This document shows, one piece after another, positions 39,587 through 51,314 of a DNA stretch of 64,000 bases; the stretch's first letter is position 1, and each line of letters starts with the position of its first letter. The DNA lies in contig NZ_JAGKWP010000001.1 of the NCBI RefSeq assembly GCF_021151785.1, positions 337 through 64,336 on the forward strand. The letters are read 5' to 3'. The position numbers and the translations under genes are program-made. The stretch is from Flavobacterium sp. GTDB lineage: Bacteria > Bacteroidota > Bacteroidia > Flavobacteriales > Flavobacteriaceae. The notes beneath the pieces were generated by a model. That model was given only the letters and a program-made list of their open reading frames with translations, did not search any database and was not told where the DNA came from.

Positions 39587-40354
39587 TTAAAATCCAAATA
39601 CATTTTTTGAATTATCAGTGGTAATTTGTGCAATTTCTTCAACTGTAGTACCATATATTTGGGCTAATTTTTCAGCAACTAGATATACATAACTACTTTC
39701 GTTTCTTTTACCACGATAGGGCACAGGAGCTAAATAAGGGGCATCTGTTTCTAAAACAATGTGTTCCAGTGGAATTTGTTTTAAGAATTGATCTATTTTC
39801 CCATTTTTAAAAGTAGCTACGCCCCCAATACCTAGTTTTAAACCACAATCAATAGCTTGTAAGGCTTGTTGGTAGTCTCCTGTAAAGCAATGGAAGATTC
39901 CAAAAAGTTTTTTTTCTTTCTCTTGTTCTAATAATTCGAAAATTTCATTAAAAGCGTCTCTACAATGAATATTTATTGGTAATTCATATTTTTTGGCTAA
40001 CTTAATTTGATGTATAAAAGCTTCTTGCTGTTCTTTTAAATAGGTTTTATCCCAATATAAATCTAGTCCAATTTCACCAATAGCGGCAAATTTTCTTTTT
40101 TTTAGTTCATTTTCAACATGTTGTAATTCTTCAAGATAATTCTCTTTTACATAACATGGGTGTAGACCAATCATTAGAAAAACTTGATTAGGATATTCTT
40201 TTTCTAATTCATACATTTTTTGTGTATAACTACTGTCAATTGAAGGAACGAATAACCGAGTTGTATTTTTTTCAAAGGCTCGCTGTATCATTTCTTTTCT
40301 GTCTAAATCAAATTCTTCAGCATATAAATGGCTGTGTGTATCGGTTAGTATCAT
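39587..40354 (-). CDS. TatD-family hydrolase
   Basis: DTHSH, GEIGLD, ETDAPYL; start ATG 40354. Confidence 0.92.
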   Translation of the reverse strand: MILTDTHSHLYAEEFDLDRKEMIQRAFEKNTTRLFVPSIDSSYTQKMYELEKEYPNQVFLMIGLHPCYVKENYLEELQHVENELKKRKFAAIGEIGLDLYWDKTYLKEQQEAFIHQIKLAKKYELPINIHCRDAFNEIFELLEQEKEKKLFGIFHCFTGDYQQALQAIDCGLKLGIGGVATFKNGKIDQFLKQIPLEHIVLETDAPYLAPVPYRGKRNESSYVYLVAEKLAQIYGTTVEEIAQITTDNSKNVFGF

Positions 40355-40453
40355 TTTTAGAGGAAATATATTGTTTTTCAATTTACATTTTTTCTCGTTG
40401 TCCGCAGCATTCGATGATTAGCTCTTATCGAGTCTATTGATTACTTTTGTTTT

Positions 40454-41434
40454 TTATTGCACCATTAAATTGCAACCTCTTATGTCACTATTGTCAAATC
40501 TACCCAAGACTTCAAAAGTTTGGTTTTCATATTTTTTGCCTAAATCTTGTGTCGCTATAAAGGAGCAAGAATTGACATTAGCCAAATCAATAACATTGAT
40601 GCCACCAGTTCTATTATAACCAATAGGGCTTAGTGCGTCTTCCGTATCTCGAATCAAAATATCCATCCATGGGGGACATTCAAAAATACCATTTCCAAGA
40701 GAATAGGCTTGTGATAATAATTCTGTCATACCATATTCAGAATGTATTGCCTTTACTCCAAATCCTTTACAAAGTAGTGCATGCAATTCTTCTCGAATCA
40801 TTTCTTTTCGTTTGCCCTTCATGCCGCCTGTTTCCATAATAAGAGTGTTTTTCAAGCTGAATGAATGCATTTCAATTAAGTCTAATAAAGCATAAGTAAC
40901 TCCTAGTAATAAGACATTTTGCCCAGCTTCATCTAATTCAATGATTTTTTTAATCAATTGTTTGTATTCATTTAAATAAAAACCACTATCAGGGTGTTGA
41001 CTACCTTCTATTAAATCTTGTGCCATGTAGATTAATGAAGAGCCTTCGCGTTCTAAATAGGAAGGTAATAATGCTAATATACAGTAGTCCTCCATGTTGC
41101 CATAAAATAAGGAAAATGCTTGCCTAAAACTCGTTTCATATACTTTTAAGTCGGTAACGTGATGTTTACTTGTGATCATTCCTGTTGTTCCACTACTTGT
41201 AAATATCTTTTCATCTGAGTTTGTATTAGAAACAATACGATTTGATTTAAAAAATTGTATAGGTAAAAAAGGGATGTCTATTATTCGTTTTACGTTTGAC
41301 GGGTTCTTTTTCAATAACGTACAAAACTGACGATACACAGCGTTGTGTTCATATTGGTGTCTAAACACTTTCAAGGTTATTTTTTCAAATTCCTTTTTAG
41401 ACGCTATCGAAAATATATCTGAGGTTGAAATCAA
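40454..41434 (-). CDS. LuxE-like acyl-protein synthetase / acyl transferase
   Basis: FTSSGTTG, ETGGMKG, HSEYGMTELLSQAY, RGCNL. Confidence 0.87.
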   Translation of the reverse strand: MISTSDIFSIASKKEFEKITLKVFRHQYEHNAVYRQFCTLLKKNPSNVKRIIDIPFLPIQFFKSNRIVSNTNSDEKIFTSSGTTGMITSKHHVTDLKVYETSFRQAFSLFYGNMEDYCILALLPSYLEREGSSLIYMAQDLIEGSQHPDSGFYLNEYKQLIKKIIELDEAGQNVLLLGVTYALLDLIEMHSFSLKNTLIMETGGMKGKRKEMIREELHALLCKGFGVKAIHSEYGMTELLSQAYSLGNGIFECPPWMDILIRDTEDALSPIGYNRTGGINVIDLANVNSCSFIATQDLGKKYENQTFEVLGRFDNSDIRGCNLMVQ

Positions 41435-41476
41435 TGTGCAACAATTTTATGCAAAAATAACATTTAATAAAGACAT

Positions 41477-41509
41477 AAAAAAAGCACCAATTCATATTGG
41501 TGCTTTTTT
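41477..41509 (-). terminator. Terminator of the T9SS cargo gene
   Basis: AAAAAAGCACCAAT-tcat-ATTGGTGCTTTTTT. Confidence 0.85.
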
Positions 41510-41528
41510 AATATAATAGTGTATGAAA

Positions 41529-43406
41529 TTAATCAATAACTAATTTTTGAGTAGAAGTTTTATCTTCTTCTGTTATTTTAACTACATAAATACCACGAGT
41601 AAGGTTAGCTACATTAATTGTATTGTTTACCACTTTAGTATTTACTACTTCTTTTCCAACTAAATCAAAAATAGCTACATTAATGTCTCCATTTAAAGCA
41701 GTTTCAATGTGTAAGTTTCCTTCTTTAACAGGGTTTGGATACATTTTTAAACCATTAATTTGAGAGAATGATGCTGATGATAACGTAAAGTTAGGTGTAG
41801 TATCAATAGTTATTTCATCAATGATAATTGTAGGAGTATTTGTTGCTGTATCTTGTCTTAGCATAAATCCGCCTAAATTAGCAAAAGCTGAAGTTGGTGT
41901 TACAGCAACTGTAGGAGATGCTGTGCCTCCTATTGTTGGATTAACAAATAGTCTTAGAGAGTTAGCTGTAAAGTCATAACCCAAAACTAAGTATTGTGTC
42001 GTTCCAACATTGTATAAATTAGCATCCCAATCTGTAGCTGTTGCTCCAGTGCCTAAACCAAATTGATATTGCGTTCCATTTTTTCTTATCCAAATTCTAG
42101 CATTTGTAGTTGCGCCTGTATTGTCAGTAAATAAAGCAAAGTATGCACTTGTTAGATCAGTAGTTACATTTGAATAATCTGAGGAGTTAAAAAGCATTGA
42201 AGCATAAATTGAACCACTAGTAGTACTAGTAAATAATGTTCTAGATTCAGCTCCAGTTCCACTGAAAGAAACTGAGTTACCCGTAGAGTTAATACCTGTA
42301 TAATTTAAGTTGCCAGCAGTAACCAATATATTGTCCCCTGTATTAACTATTGACCATTTTTGTTCTCCATTTAAAGAATTGCCTACAGTGTAAGGGAATG
42401 GTTCGTTGAATGGTATTGTATTGATTGGTTTACATTCTGGAGCTGAAATGTTTTTAGAGATTGTACATGCGCCATTAATTGTTAAAGTCACATTAGTTCC
42501 CTCGTTTATACCACTAATAACAATATTTCCTGATGCTGTAGTAGAAGGGTTATCTCCAGAAATAGTTCCGCTTGTAGTTGATAAAGTATAAGAACCTGTA
42601 TTTCCGCCAGTGAAAGGGACAGTTATGCTGTAAGTGTCAATAGCTGAGGTTACTGTATTACATGCTGTGGTTTCGGTTCCAAGGTTTAATGCGCAACTTG
42701 TTGTGTTAAACCAAGTTGTGTAAACTCTCAAGCCATCAATAGTTATATTTTGACCTGTATTATATTGTCTTAAATACACTCCAGCAACAGTTGCGGTACC
42801 TGATCCTGAAGCTGTAGCAGTTGGTGTTCCAGCAGCAGCTTCTGTAGCAGGAATACCTGAAGGAATAATCCAAAGACTTGTTGATCCAGTAGTCGAAACG
42901 TTATATTTTATAACTGCTAAATAAGTCGTATTTGGATCAAAATCAGTAGCAGAATAAACAGCAGCTGAGTTGCCGATACCAAAATTAATTTTTCCTGCAG
43001 TAGTTGATGGTTTGGCATACAATCTAGCAAAAAAAGTTGTTGTACCTGTTCCTAAACTTAGGAAATAACCGTCAACAGCTGTTGTTACATTAATCAAAAA
43101 AGAAACATATAAATCTCCAGATGTAGAAGGGGTTGCAAATGCTTTATTTATATCTTCTCCATTATTGTCAAGACGAACTGCATTTCCAACCGCAGCAGCA
43201 GTAAATCCAGTAAGACCTGAATAGCCTGAATAGGTTAAGCCATTAGAAGTACCTACGTCAATAGCCTGCGAACCAGCCCCACTATGTGCGGTCCATCCAT
43301 TAGCTGTTAAAAGTGCTCCATCTGCATAATTGAAATCATCAGATAATAACTGACCAAATGAAGCAAATGAAATTAAACCAATAAAAATTGAGTAAAGTTT
43401 TTTCAT
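41529..43406 (-). CDS. T9SS-secreted protein with two homologous beta-rich domains and a type A CTD
   Basis: Signal peptide SFG-Q; C-terminal MYPNP...GIYVVKI...QKLVID. Confidence 0.9.
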   Translation of the reverse strand: MKKLYSIFIGLISFASFGQLLSDDFNYADGALLTANGWTAHSGAGSQAIDVGTSNGLTYSGYSGLTGFTAAAVGNAVRLDNNGEDINKAFATPSTSGDLYVSFLINVTTAVDGYFLSLGTGTTTFFARLYAKPSTTAGKINFGIGNSAAVYSATDFDPNTTYLAVIKYNVSTTGSTSLWIIPSGIPATEAAAGTPTATASGSGTATVAGVYLRQYNTGQNITIDGLRVYTTWFNTTSCALNLGTETTACNTVTSAIDTYSITVPFTGGNTGSYTLSTTSGTISGDNPSTTASGNIVISGINEGTNVTLTINGACTISKNISAPECKPINTIPFNEPFPYTVGNSLNGEQKWSIVNTGDNILVTAGNLNYTGINSTGNSVSFSGTGAESRTLFTSTTSGSIYASMLFNSSDYSNVTTDLTSAYFALFTDNTGATTNARIWIRKNGTQYQFGLGTGATATDWDANLYNVGTTQYLVLGYDFTANSLRLFVNPTIGGTASPTVAVTPTSAFANLGGFMLRQDTATNTPTIIIDEITIDTTPNFTLSSASFSQINGLKMYPNPVKEGNLHIETALNGDINVAIFDLVGKEVVNTKVVNNTINVANLTRGIYVVKITEEDKTSTQKLVID

Positions 43407-43510
43407 TTTCTAAATATTAAAATTTTCTACAAAGATATAAACAATCTAGTTAAGCAACTAGTATTTTATGTAAAATTTAGATTAAATTTCTAATTTTAAC
43501 AACTGCTTAA

Positions 43511-43849
43511 TTAGTTGATAATAAGTTTTCTAGTTGACGAAGCATCGCCTTCTTTGATTTTAATGATGTAAACACCAGGATTCAAATTAGTAATATTCAA
43601 TTCTTTGCTGTAAAGAGTTACATCAATCACTTTTTTACCAAGAACATCAAAAATTTCAACTTTTTTATCTAGGTTCAATTTAGATGTTATGAAAACTTTT
43701 CCGGTGTTATTAGGGTTGGGGTATACATTTAGCCCTTCAATAGTGGGGTCTTGAGTTTTGTTCACAGAACTTCTGCTGTCTTGTGCAACTACACTAGCAG
43801 AGAAAGAAAAAAAGAATAACAATAAAAAATAAATGTAATTTTTCTTCAT
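43511..43849 (-). CDS. Minimal T9SS type A CTD protein (112 aa)
   Basis: Signal peptide VVA-Q, ~15-aa linker, VYPNP...GVYIIKI...RKLIIN. Confidence 0.88.
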   Translation of the reverse strand: MKKNYIYFLLLFFFSFSASVVAQDSRSSVNKTQDPTIEGLNVYPNPNNTGKVFITSKLNLDKKVEIFDVLGKKVIDVTLYSKELNITNLNPGVYIIKIKEGDASSTRKLIIN

Positions 43850-43961
43850 GCGAACCATTTGTTTTGTAAAGATATAAAAAAATAAATCAATCTTTGTGCC
43901 ATAATTAAAAAAAAGTGTATTTTTTTATCTTTGGAAGATTTAATAATATAATATATTACAA

Positions 43962-43993
43962 AAAAAAGCATCAATTACAATTGATGCTTTTTT
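43962..43993 (-). terminator. pckA terminator
   Basis: AAAAAAGCATCAAT / ATTGATGCTTTTTT. Confidence 0.85.
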
Positions 43994-44020
43994 AAATATA
44001 GTAGTAGTTAGTTTGTAAAA

Positions 44021-45649
44021 TTAACTTAATTGTGGACCAGCTTTTACCAATGTAGCCCCTTCTTCGTTGTCTGTATATTGAACGAAATTCTTAATAAATC
44101 TACCTGCTAAGTCTTCAGCTTTTGTACTCCATTCAGAAGCATCAGCATAAGTGTTTCTAGGATCTAAAATGTTTGCGTCTACATTAGGTAATGCAGTTGG
44201 CACCGTAAAGTTAAAAACTGGAATTACTTTGGTTTCTGCTTTTTCAATAGAACCATCTAAGATTGCGTCAATAATAGCGCGAGTATCTTTAATAGAAATA
44301 CGTTTTCCTGTTCCATTCCATCCTGTATTTACCATATAAGCGGTTGCATTATGTTTTTCCATTTTTTTCACTAATTCTTCTCCATATTTTGTAGGGTGAA
44401 GTGATAAAAATGCTTTTCCAAAACAAGCCGAAAAAGTAGGCTCAGGTTGTGTAACTCCTCTTTCTGTACCAGCTAATTTTGCTGTAAATCCAGATAAGAA
44501 ATAGTATTTAGTTTGTTCTGGAGTTAATTTTGAAACAGGAGGCATTACACCAAAAGCATCTGCAGTTAAGAAGATTACTTTAGTTGCATGACCTGCTTTA
44601 GAAACAGGTTTAACAATATTCTCAATATGATAAATTGGATAAGAAACACGCGTGTTTTGTGTAACAGAACCATCTTTGAAATCAATTTTTCCATTAGCAT
44701 CAACTGTTACGTTTTCTAGCAATGCATCTTTTTTAATTGCTCCATAGATATCTGGTTCGTTTTCTTTACTTAAATCGATTGTTTTTGCATAACAACCACC
44801 TTCGAAGTTAAATACCCCGTCGTTATCCCAACCATGCTCGTCATCACCAATTAACTCACGTTTTGGGTCAGTTGATAATGTCGTTTTTCCTGTTCCAGAT
44901 AAACCAAAGAAAACTGCAACATCACCATCTTTACCTTTGTTAGCAGAACAATGCATGGAAGCAATTCCTTGTAGAGGTAAGTAATAATTCATCATGGAGA
45001 ACAATCCTTTTTTCATTTCTCCACCATACCAAGTTCCACCTATTAATTGAATTTTCTCAGTTAAATTGAAAGCTACATAAACTTCAGAATTTAATCCATG
45101 CGCTTTGTAGTCTTTAAAAGAAGTTTTAGACGCATTCATTACAATAAAGTCTGGCTCACCAAAATTTGCTAATTCTTCAGCTGAAGGACGAATGAACATA
45201 TTTGTAACAAAATGAGCTTGCCATGCCACTTCCATGATGAAGCGAACTTTTAATCGTGTATTCTCATTAGCACCACAAAAAGCATCTACTACAAATAATT
45301 TTTTTCCAGATAATTGATTAACAGAAGTTTCTTTTAAGGCATTCCAAGTTTCTGTTGAAATAGGTTTGTTGTCATTTGCTGCTTTGTCAGAGTTCCACCA
45401 AATGGTGTTTTCTGTAACACTATCTTTAACAATGTATTTGTCTTTTGGGGAACGCCCTGTAAATTCACCTGTCATTACATTAACAGCGCCAAGTTCTGTT
45501 AATTGCCCTCTTTCAAAACCTTGTAAATGATCATTTAATTCTTCATTATATAGTAAGTCATATGAAGGGTTATAAATGATTTCCTGAACGTCTTTAATAC
45601 CATATTTTTCTAACGAAATCGTTTTCGTAAATTGAGCATGTGTATTCAT
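44021..45649 (-). CDS. pckA: Phosphoenolpyruvate carboxykinase (ATP)
   Basis: [33 protein letters not shown]. Confidence 0.97.
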   Translation of the reverse strand: MNTHAQFTKTISLEKYGIKDVQEIIYNPSYDLLYNEELNDHLQGFERGQLTELGAVNVMTGEFTGRSPKDKYIVKDSVTENTIWWNSDKAANDNKPISTETWNALKETSVNQLSGKKLFVVDAFCGANENTRLKVRFIMEVAWQAHFVTNMFIRPSAEELANFGEPDFIVMNASKTSFKDYKAHGLNSEVYVAFNLTEKIQLIGGTWYGGEMKKGLFSMMNYYLPLQGIASMHCSANKGKDGDVAVFFGLSGTGKTTLSTDPKRELIGDDEHGWDNDGVFNFEGGCYAKTIDLSKENEPDIYGAIKKDALLENVTVDANGKIDFKDGSVTQNTRVSYPIYHIENIVKPVSKAGHATKVIFLTADAFGVMPPVSKLTPEQTKYYFLSGFTAKLAGTERGVTQPEPTFSACFGKAFLSLHPTKYGEELVKKMEKHNATAYMVNTGWNGTGKRISIKDTRAIIDAILDGSIEKAETKVIPVFNFTVPTALPNVDANILDPRNTYADASEWSTKAEDLAGRFIKNFVQYTDNEEGATLVKAGPQLS

Positions 45650-45722
45650 AAATAATAAGTTATGTTGCTTTATATTAAAATGCGAAAATAAAAATTAAAT
45701 TTTAGATATAAGGTGATATTAG

Positions 45723-46106
45723 CTATTTTTTTGTTAGAAGTTTATATATAAGCATTCCCCAATCAGCTATTAAAAATAGCCCACCAATAGGGGTTATGGG
45801 ACCTAAAATTTTAGACTTAATGCCAGTAATACTAGAAGTTGTCAATAAATAAATAGATCCAGAAAAAAATAAAACACCAATTAAAGTGAAATAAAAGATG
45901 AACTCTTTGTCTTTCATAGTTAGTAAGCTGGTTGTGCCAACAAATAATAAGAATAAGGCATGATACATTTGGTATTTTACTCCTGTCTCAAAAGAAGTAA
46001 GTTGGTCAAGGGTTAATACCTTTTTTAAAGCATGGGCACCAAAAGCACCTAAAATGATAGCAAAAAAACCAAAAACGGCAGCAACTACCAAGATCTTTTT
46101 TTCCAT
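45723..46106 (-). CDS. DUF423-family membrane protein
   Basis: GAFGAH, YQMYHA, GPITPIGG. Confidence 0.9.
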   Translation of the reverse strand: MEKKILVVAAVFGFFAIILGAFGAHALKKVLTLDQLTSFETGVKYQMYHALFLLFVGTTSLLTMKDKEFIFYFTLIGVLFFSGSIYLLTTSSITGIKSKILGPITPIGGLFLIADWGMLIYKLLTKK

Positions 46107-46239
46107 TTCTTTCTAAATTTCGGACAAATATATGAAAGTATACTAAAACTTTATCAATAAAATGCATTTTAACTTTTTAAAAATATAACATTTTATTACC
46201 TTCGTGTTATAATTCTATTAAACAAACCAAAACAACAGA

Positions 46240-47610
46240 ATGAAAAAAATACTAATTATTGGTGCAGGTCGTTCGGCATCGTCCTTGATAAAATACTTAA
46301 TTGAAAAATCAACTTCCGAAAATTTACACATAACAATTGGAGATTTATCAGAAGAATTAGCTAGAAAAAAGACCAATAATCATTTAAATGCCCGACCTAT
46401 AGCTTTCGACGTATTCAATGAAGTGCAAAGAAAAGAAGAAATTCAGCAAGCAGATTTAGTAATTTCCATGTTGCCTGCTCATTTACATATTGAAGTTGCT
46501 AAAGATTGTATCGCTTATAAAAAGCACATGGTTACAGCTTCTTACATTAGTCCAGCAATGCAAGAATTAGATGAAGTGGCCAAAGCAAATAATCTGATTT
46601 TGATGAATGAAATCGGCTTAGATCCTGGTATTGATCATATGAGTGCTATGAAAGTAATGGATGAGATTAGAGCAAAAGGAGGACAAATTATTTTATTTGA
46701 ATCTTTTTGTGGTGGTTTAGTAGCACCAGAAAGCGATACTAATTTATGGAATTATAAATTTTCATGGAATCCAAGAAATGTGGTTTTAGCTGGTCAAGGA
46801 GGTGCTGCTAAATTTATTCAAGAAGGAAAATACAAATACATTCCATATAACAAATTATTTAGAAGAACCGAGTTTTTGGAAGTAGAGGGTTATGGTAGAT
46901 TTGAAGCCTATGCCAATAGAGATTCGTTAAAATACAGGAGTATATATGGTCTTGACGATGCTTTAACATGTTATCGAGGAACCATTAGAAGAGTGGGTTA
47001 TTCAAGAGCTTGGGATATTTTAGTGCAGTTGGGAATGACTGATGATACTTATATAATGGAAAATTCTGAAAACATGACTTACAGAGAATTTACCAATTCT
47101 TTTTTGCCTTATCATCCAACAGACACGGTTGAAATTAAATTAAGACATGCGCAAAAAATAGATCAAGATGATGTTATTTGGGATAAATTAGTGGAATTGG
47201 ATTTGTTTGATGGAACAAAAAAAGTAGGTTTAAAAGAGGCTACTCCTGCTCAAATTTTAGAAAAAATATTAGCAGAAAAATGGGCTTTGCAACCCCAAGA
47301 TAAAGATATGATTGTAATGTATCATAAGTTCGGTTATATTCTGAATGGAGAGAAAAAACAAATAGATTCAACCATGGTTTGTATTGGAGATGATCAAACC
47401 TATACAGCAATGGCTAAAACTGTAGGTCTACCTGTTGCTATTGCTGCATTAAAAATATTAAAAGGTGAAATAACAACTCCAGGAGTTCAACTTCCAATTT
47501 CAAAAGAAGTTTATGAACCTATTTTGAAAGAATTAGAAGACTATGGTGTTATTTTTAAAGAAATAGAGGTGCCTTATTTAGGTTACAACCATCTAAACAT
47601 TACTAATTAA
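46240..47610 (+). CDS. Saccharopine dehydrogenase family protein
   Basis: IIGAGRS, NEIGLDPGIDH, YKFSWNP, TAMAKTVG. Confidence 0.92.
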   Translation: MKKILIIGAGRSASSLIKYLIEKSTSENLHITIGDLSEELARKKTNNHLNARPIAFDVFNEVQRKEEIQQADLVISMLPAHLHIEVAKDCIAYKKHMVTASYISPAMQELDEVAKANNLILMNEIGLDPGIDHMSAMKVMDEIRAKGGQIILFESFCGGLVAPESDTNLWNYKFSWNPRNVVLAGQGGAAKFIQEGKYKYIPYNKLFRRTEFLEVEGYGRFEAYANRDSLKYRSIYGLDDALTCYRGTIRRVGYSRAWDILVQLGMTDDTYIMENSENMTYREFTNSFLPYHPTDTVEIKLRHAQKIDQDDVIWDKLVELDLFDGTKKVGLKEATPAQILEKILAEKWALQPQDKDMIVMYHKFGYILNGEKKQIDSTMVCIGDDQTYTAMAKTVGLPVAIAALKILKGEITTPGVQLPISKEVYEPILKELEDYGVIFKEIEVPYLGYNHLNITN

Positions 47611-47629
47611 GATAAAGCTTTTGCTCTTG

Positions 47630-47665
47630 AATCCTTTTCTAAAACAATTGAAAAGGATTTTTTTG
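47630..47665 (+). terminator. Terminator
   Basis: AATCCTTTTC / GAAAAGGATT plus T run. Confidence 0.7.
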
Positions 47666-47711
47666 CTTCTAATTGTAACTAATTTTATATCTTTAATTAA
47701 AAATTGTTAAC

Positions 47712-48182
47712 ATGAAGTTAAATCATTTACAAATTGAAATTGACGGAATAGATAAAGAAATTCTGCGAGATTTGATGGAAGATGCTAGGAAGCCTATTTT
47801 ACAAATTGCAAATAAGATAGGTATTTCAGGAGCAGCTATTCATCAAAGGCTAAAAAAATTAGAGCAAGCAGGTGTAATTTCTGGGTCTAAGTATGTGGTA
47901 GACAGCAAAGTATTAGGATATAAAACTATGGCTTTTGTTGGGATTTATTTAGAAAAAGCTTCAAGTAATCCTGAAGTTGTAAAAGAATTAAAAAAAATCC
48001 CTGAAGTATTGGAAGCACATTATACTACGGGTAATTGGAGCATTCTAACTAAAATTATTTGTCAAGATAATGAGCATTTGATGAATTTATTGAATAAAAA
48101 AATTCAAATAATAAAAGGTGTCTCAAGGACAGAAACATTTATTTCATTAGAACAGCAAATAGAAAGACAAATTCAGCTCTAA
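47712..48182 (+). CDS. Lrp/AsnC-family transcriptional regulator
   Basis: DGIDKEIL...RLKKLEQAGVI helix-turn-helix; RTETFI. Confidence 0.93.
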   Translation: MKLNHLQIEIDGIDKEILRDLMEDARKPILQIANKIGISGAAIHQRLKKLEQAGVISGSKYVVDSKVLGYKTMAFVGIYLEKASSNPEVVKELKKIPEVLEAHYTTGNWSILTKIICQDNEHLMNLLNKKIQIIKGVSRTETFISLEQQIERQIQL

Positions 48183-48202
48183 AAACATTAGATTTAAAGA
48201 AA

Positions 48203-48236
48203 AACAATCCAAATACTTTTAAATATTTGGATTGTT
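48203..48236. terminator. Terminator between convergent genes
   Basis: AACAATCCAAATA / TATTTGGATTGTT. Confidence 0.75.
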
Positions 48237-48258
48237 GAATGTTTTTAAAAATGAGAAA

Positions 48259-48957
48259 TTATTCTCTTCTGCCAAAAACTTGTAAAGCCCAATATAACAT
48301 AGATGCTACGGCTCCAATTGCAGCTACTAAATAAGTACGAGCGGCCCATTTTAAGGAATCTTCAGCACCAGCATATTCTTGTTGAGAAACCATGTTTTTA
48401 TTTTTCAACCAAGCTAATGCTCGATTACTAGCATCATATTCAACAGGTAAGGTAATTAATGAAAATGCAGTTGCAATTCCCATTAATATCAATCCAACAA
48501 TCGCAACAATGTATCCAATCGACAAACCTTTAGAAGCGATTCCTAAGATTAATCCCCCTACAATTAACCATTGTGATAAAGAAGAAGAAACGTTAACTAT
48601 TGGCACCATTTGAGAACGCATTGTTAGCCAACTGTAAGCTGTAGCATGTTGAACCGCATGACCACATTCGTGTGCAGCTACAGCAGCAGCAGCAGCATTT
48701 CTTTGATTGTATACCGCTTCAGATAAATTAACCGTTTTGTCTACTGGGTTGTAATGGTCAGTTAAACGTCCGGGTTTTGAAATAACCTTAACATCATAAA
48801 TCCCATGATCGTGAAGCATTTGTTCTGCAATTTCAGCTCCACTCATACCATTTCTTAAATGAACTTTAGAATAATAATCAAACTTACTTTGTAAACGGTT
48901 ACTAACCAGCCAACTTACTAAAGCAATTCCCGCTATTAAGATATAATATCCAAACAT
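48259..48957 (-). CDS. Membrane zinc metallopeptidase (YugP-like)
   Basis: LTDHYNP, AHECGHAVQH, PVEYDAS. Confidence 0.9.
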   Translation of the reverse strand: MFGYYILIAGIALVSWLVSNRLQSKFDYYSKVHLRNGMSGAEIAEQMLHDHGIYDVKVISKPGRLTDHYNPVDKTVNLSEAVYNQRNAAAAAVAAHECGHAVQHATAYSWLTMRSQMVPIVNVSSSLSQWLIVGGLILGIASKGLSIGYIVAIVGLILMGIATAFSLITLPVEYDASNRALAWLKNKNMVSQQEYAGAEDSLKWAARTYLVAAIGAVASMLYWALQVFGRRE

Positions 48958-49198
48958 ATTTTTCTAATTTTTGATTTCAAAAGCTATAGCAATTTTTGAG
49001 CCAATTTAGAAAAAATGACAACTTGTCAAGATTCTTTTTTTTAAAATAATGAAACATATCTTTTGTTCCAAAATTGCTAATTTCTTAAAAATTAAACAAC
49101 ATGAACTTTGAATTATCAATGATTGGCAAATTAAGGTTTAAAATTTTGTTATATTCTTCGTGAGTTGTGTTTTAAAATGTATATTTGCCACTAGATAA

Positions 49199-50563
<1,365 letters not shown>

Positions 50564-50585
50564 TTACAAATTGTTATATAAAAGT

Positions 50586-50617
50586 AAAGCAGTTTTCCAT
50601 GGAAAACTGCTTTTTTT
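50586..50617. terminator. gdhA terminator
   Basis: AAAGCAGTTTTCC / GGAAAACTGCTTT. Confidence 0.85.
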
Positions 50618-50628
50618 GTTTCTTGTTA

Positions 50629-51273
50629 TTAAGCTTCGCCTTCCCATTCTGCATAGAATTGTGCTAAAAAGCGTTCCATGAAAGCATGCCTATTAGCCGC
50701 TATTTTTTTTGCGGTTTCTGTATTCATTTTGTCTTTGAGTAATAATAATTTTTCGTAAAAATGATTTATGGTAGGCGCAGTTGAATTTTTGTATTCCTCT
50801 TTAGTCATATTCATTTTAGGAGAGATTGAAGGATCGTAGAGACTTCTATTTTTAAAACCACCATAGTTAAACGTACGAGCTATACCTATCGCACCGATGG
50901 CATCTAGACGATCAGCATCTTGAACAATTTCTAATTCTTTAGAGTGAAATTTTGACTTGAAGTTTCCTCCTTTAAATGATAGATTTTCGATGATAGCTAT
51001 CACATGATCAATTGTGGTTTTATCAAGTTGTTCTTGCTCTAGAAATTGTCTGGCTATTTTTGGTCCAATCTGTTCATTTCCATCATGAAATTTGCTATCC
51101 GCAATATCGTGTAAGAGCGCCCCTAATTTAATAACGGTGAGGTTGCAGATTTCGGTTTGTGCAATTAGAAGCGCATTTTTATACACACGTTCAATGTGAA
51201 ACCAGTCATGACCGCCTTCAGCCTCTTTTAATTTATTTTTTACAAATACTATTGTGTTATCAATGCTACTCAT
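50629..51273 (-). CDS. HD-domain phosphohydrolase
   Basis: GHDWFH, LLHDIAD, DADRLDAIG. Confidence 0.92.
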   Translation of the reverse strand: MSSIDNTIVFVKNKLKEAEGGHDWFHIERVYKNALLIAQTEICNLTVIKLGALLHDIADSKFHDGNEQIGPKIARQFLEQEQLDKTTIDHVIAIIENLSFKGGNFKSKFHSKELEIVQDADRLDAIGAIGIARTFNYGGFKNRSLYDPSISPKMNMTKEEYKNSTAPTINHFYEKLLLLKDKMNTETAKKIAANRHAFMERFLAQFYAEWEGEA

Positions 51274-51314
51274 AGGAAAAAAAATCCTTTCGTTTTTGAA
51301 AGGATTGTTATTTG

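Noticed and set aside
40382-40450. GC-richer patch with TCGAT/ATCGA inverted repeat upstream of the TatD gene
   Set aside because: A 5-bp stem is expected by chance; no other support.
40454-41434. LuxE-like gene as evidence of bioluminescence
   Set aside because: No luxA/B/C/D in the window; stand-alone LuxE-like genes are common in Bacteroidota.
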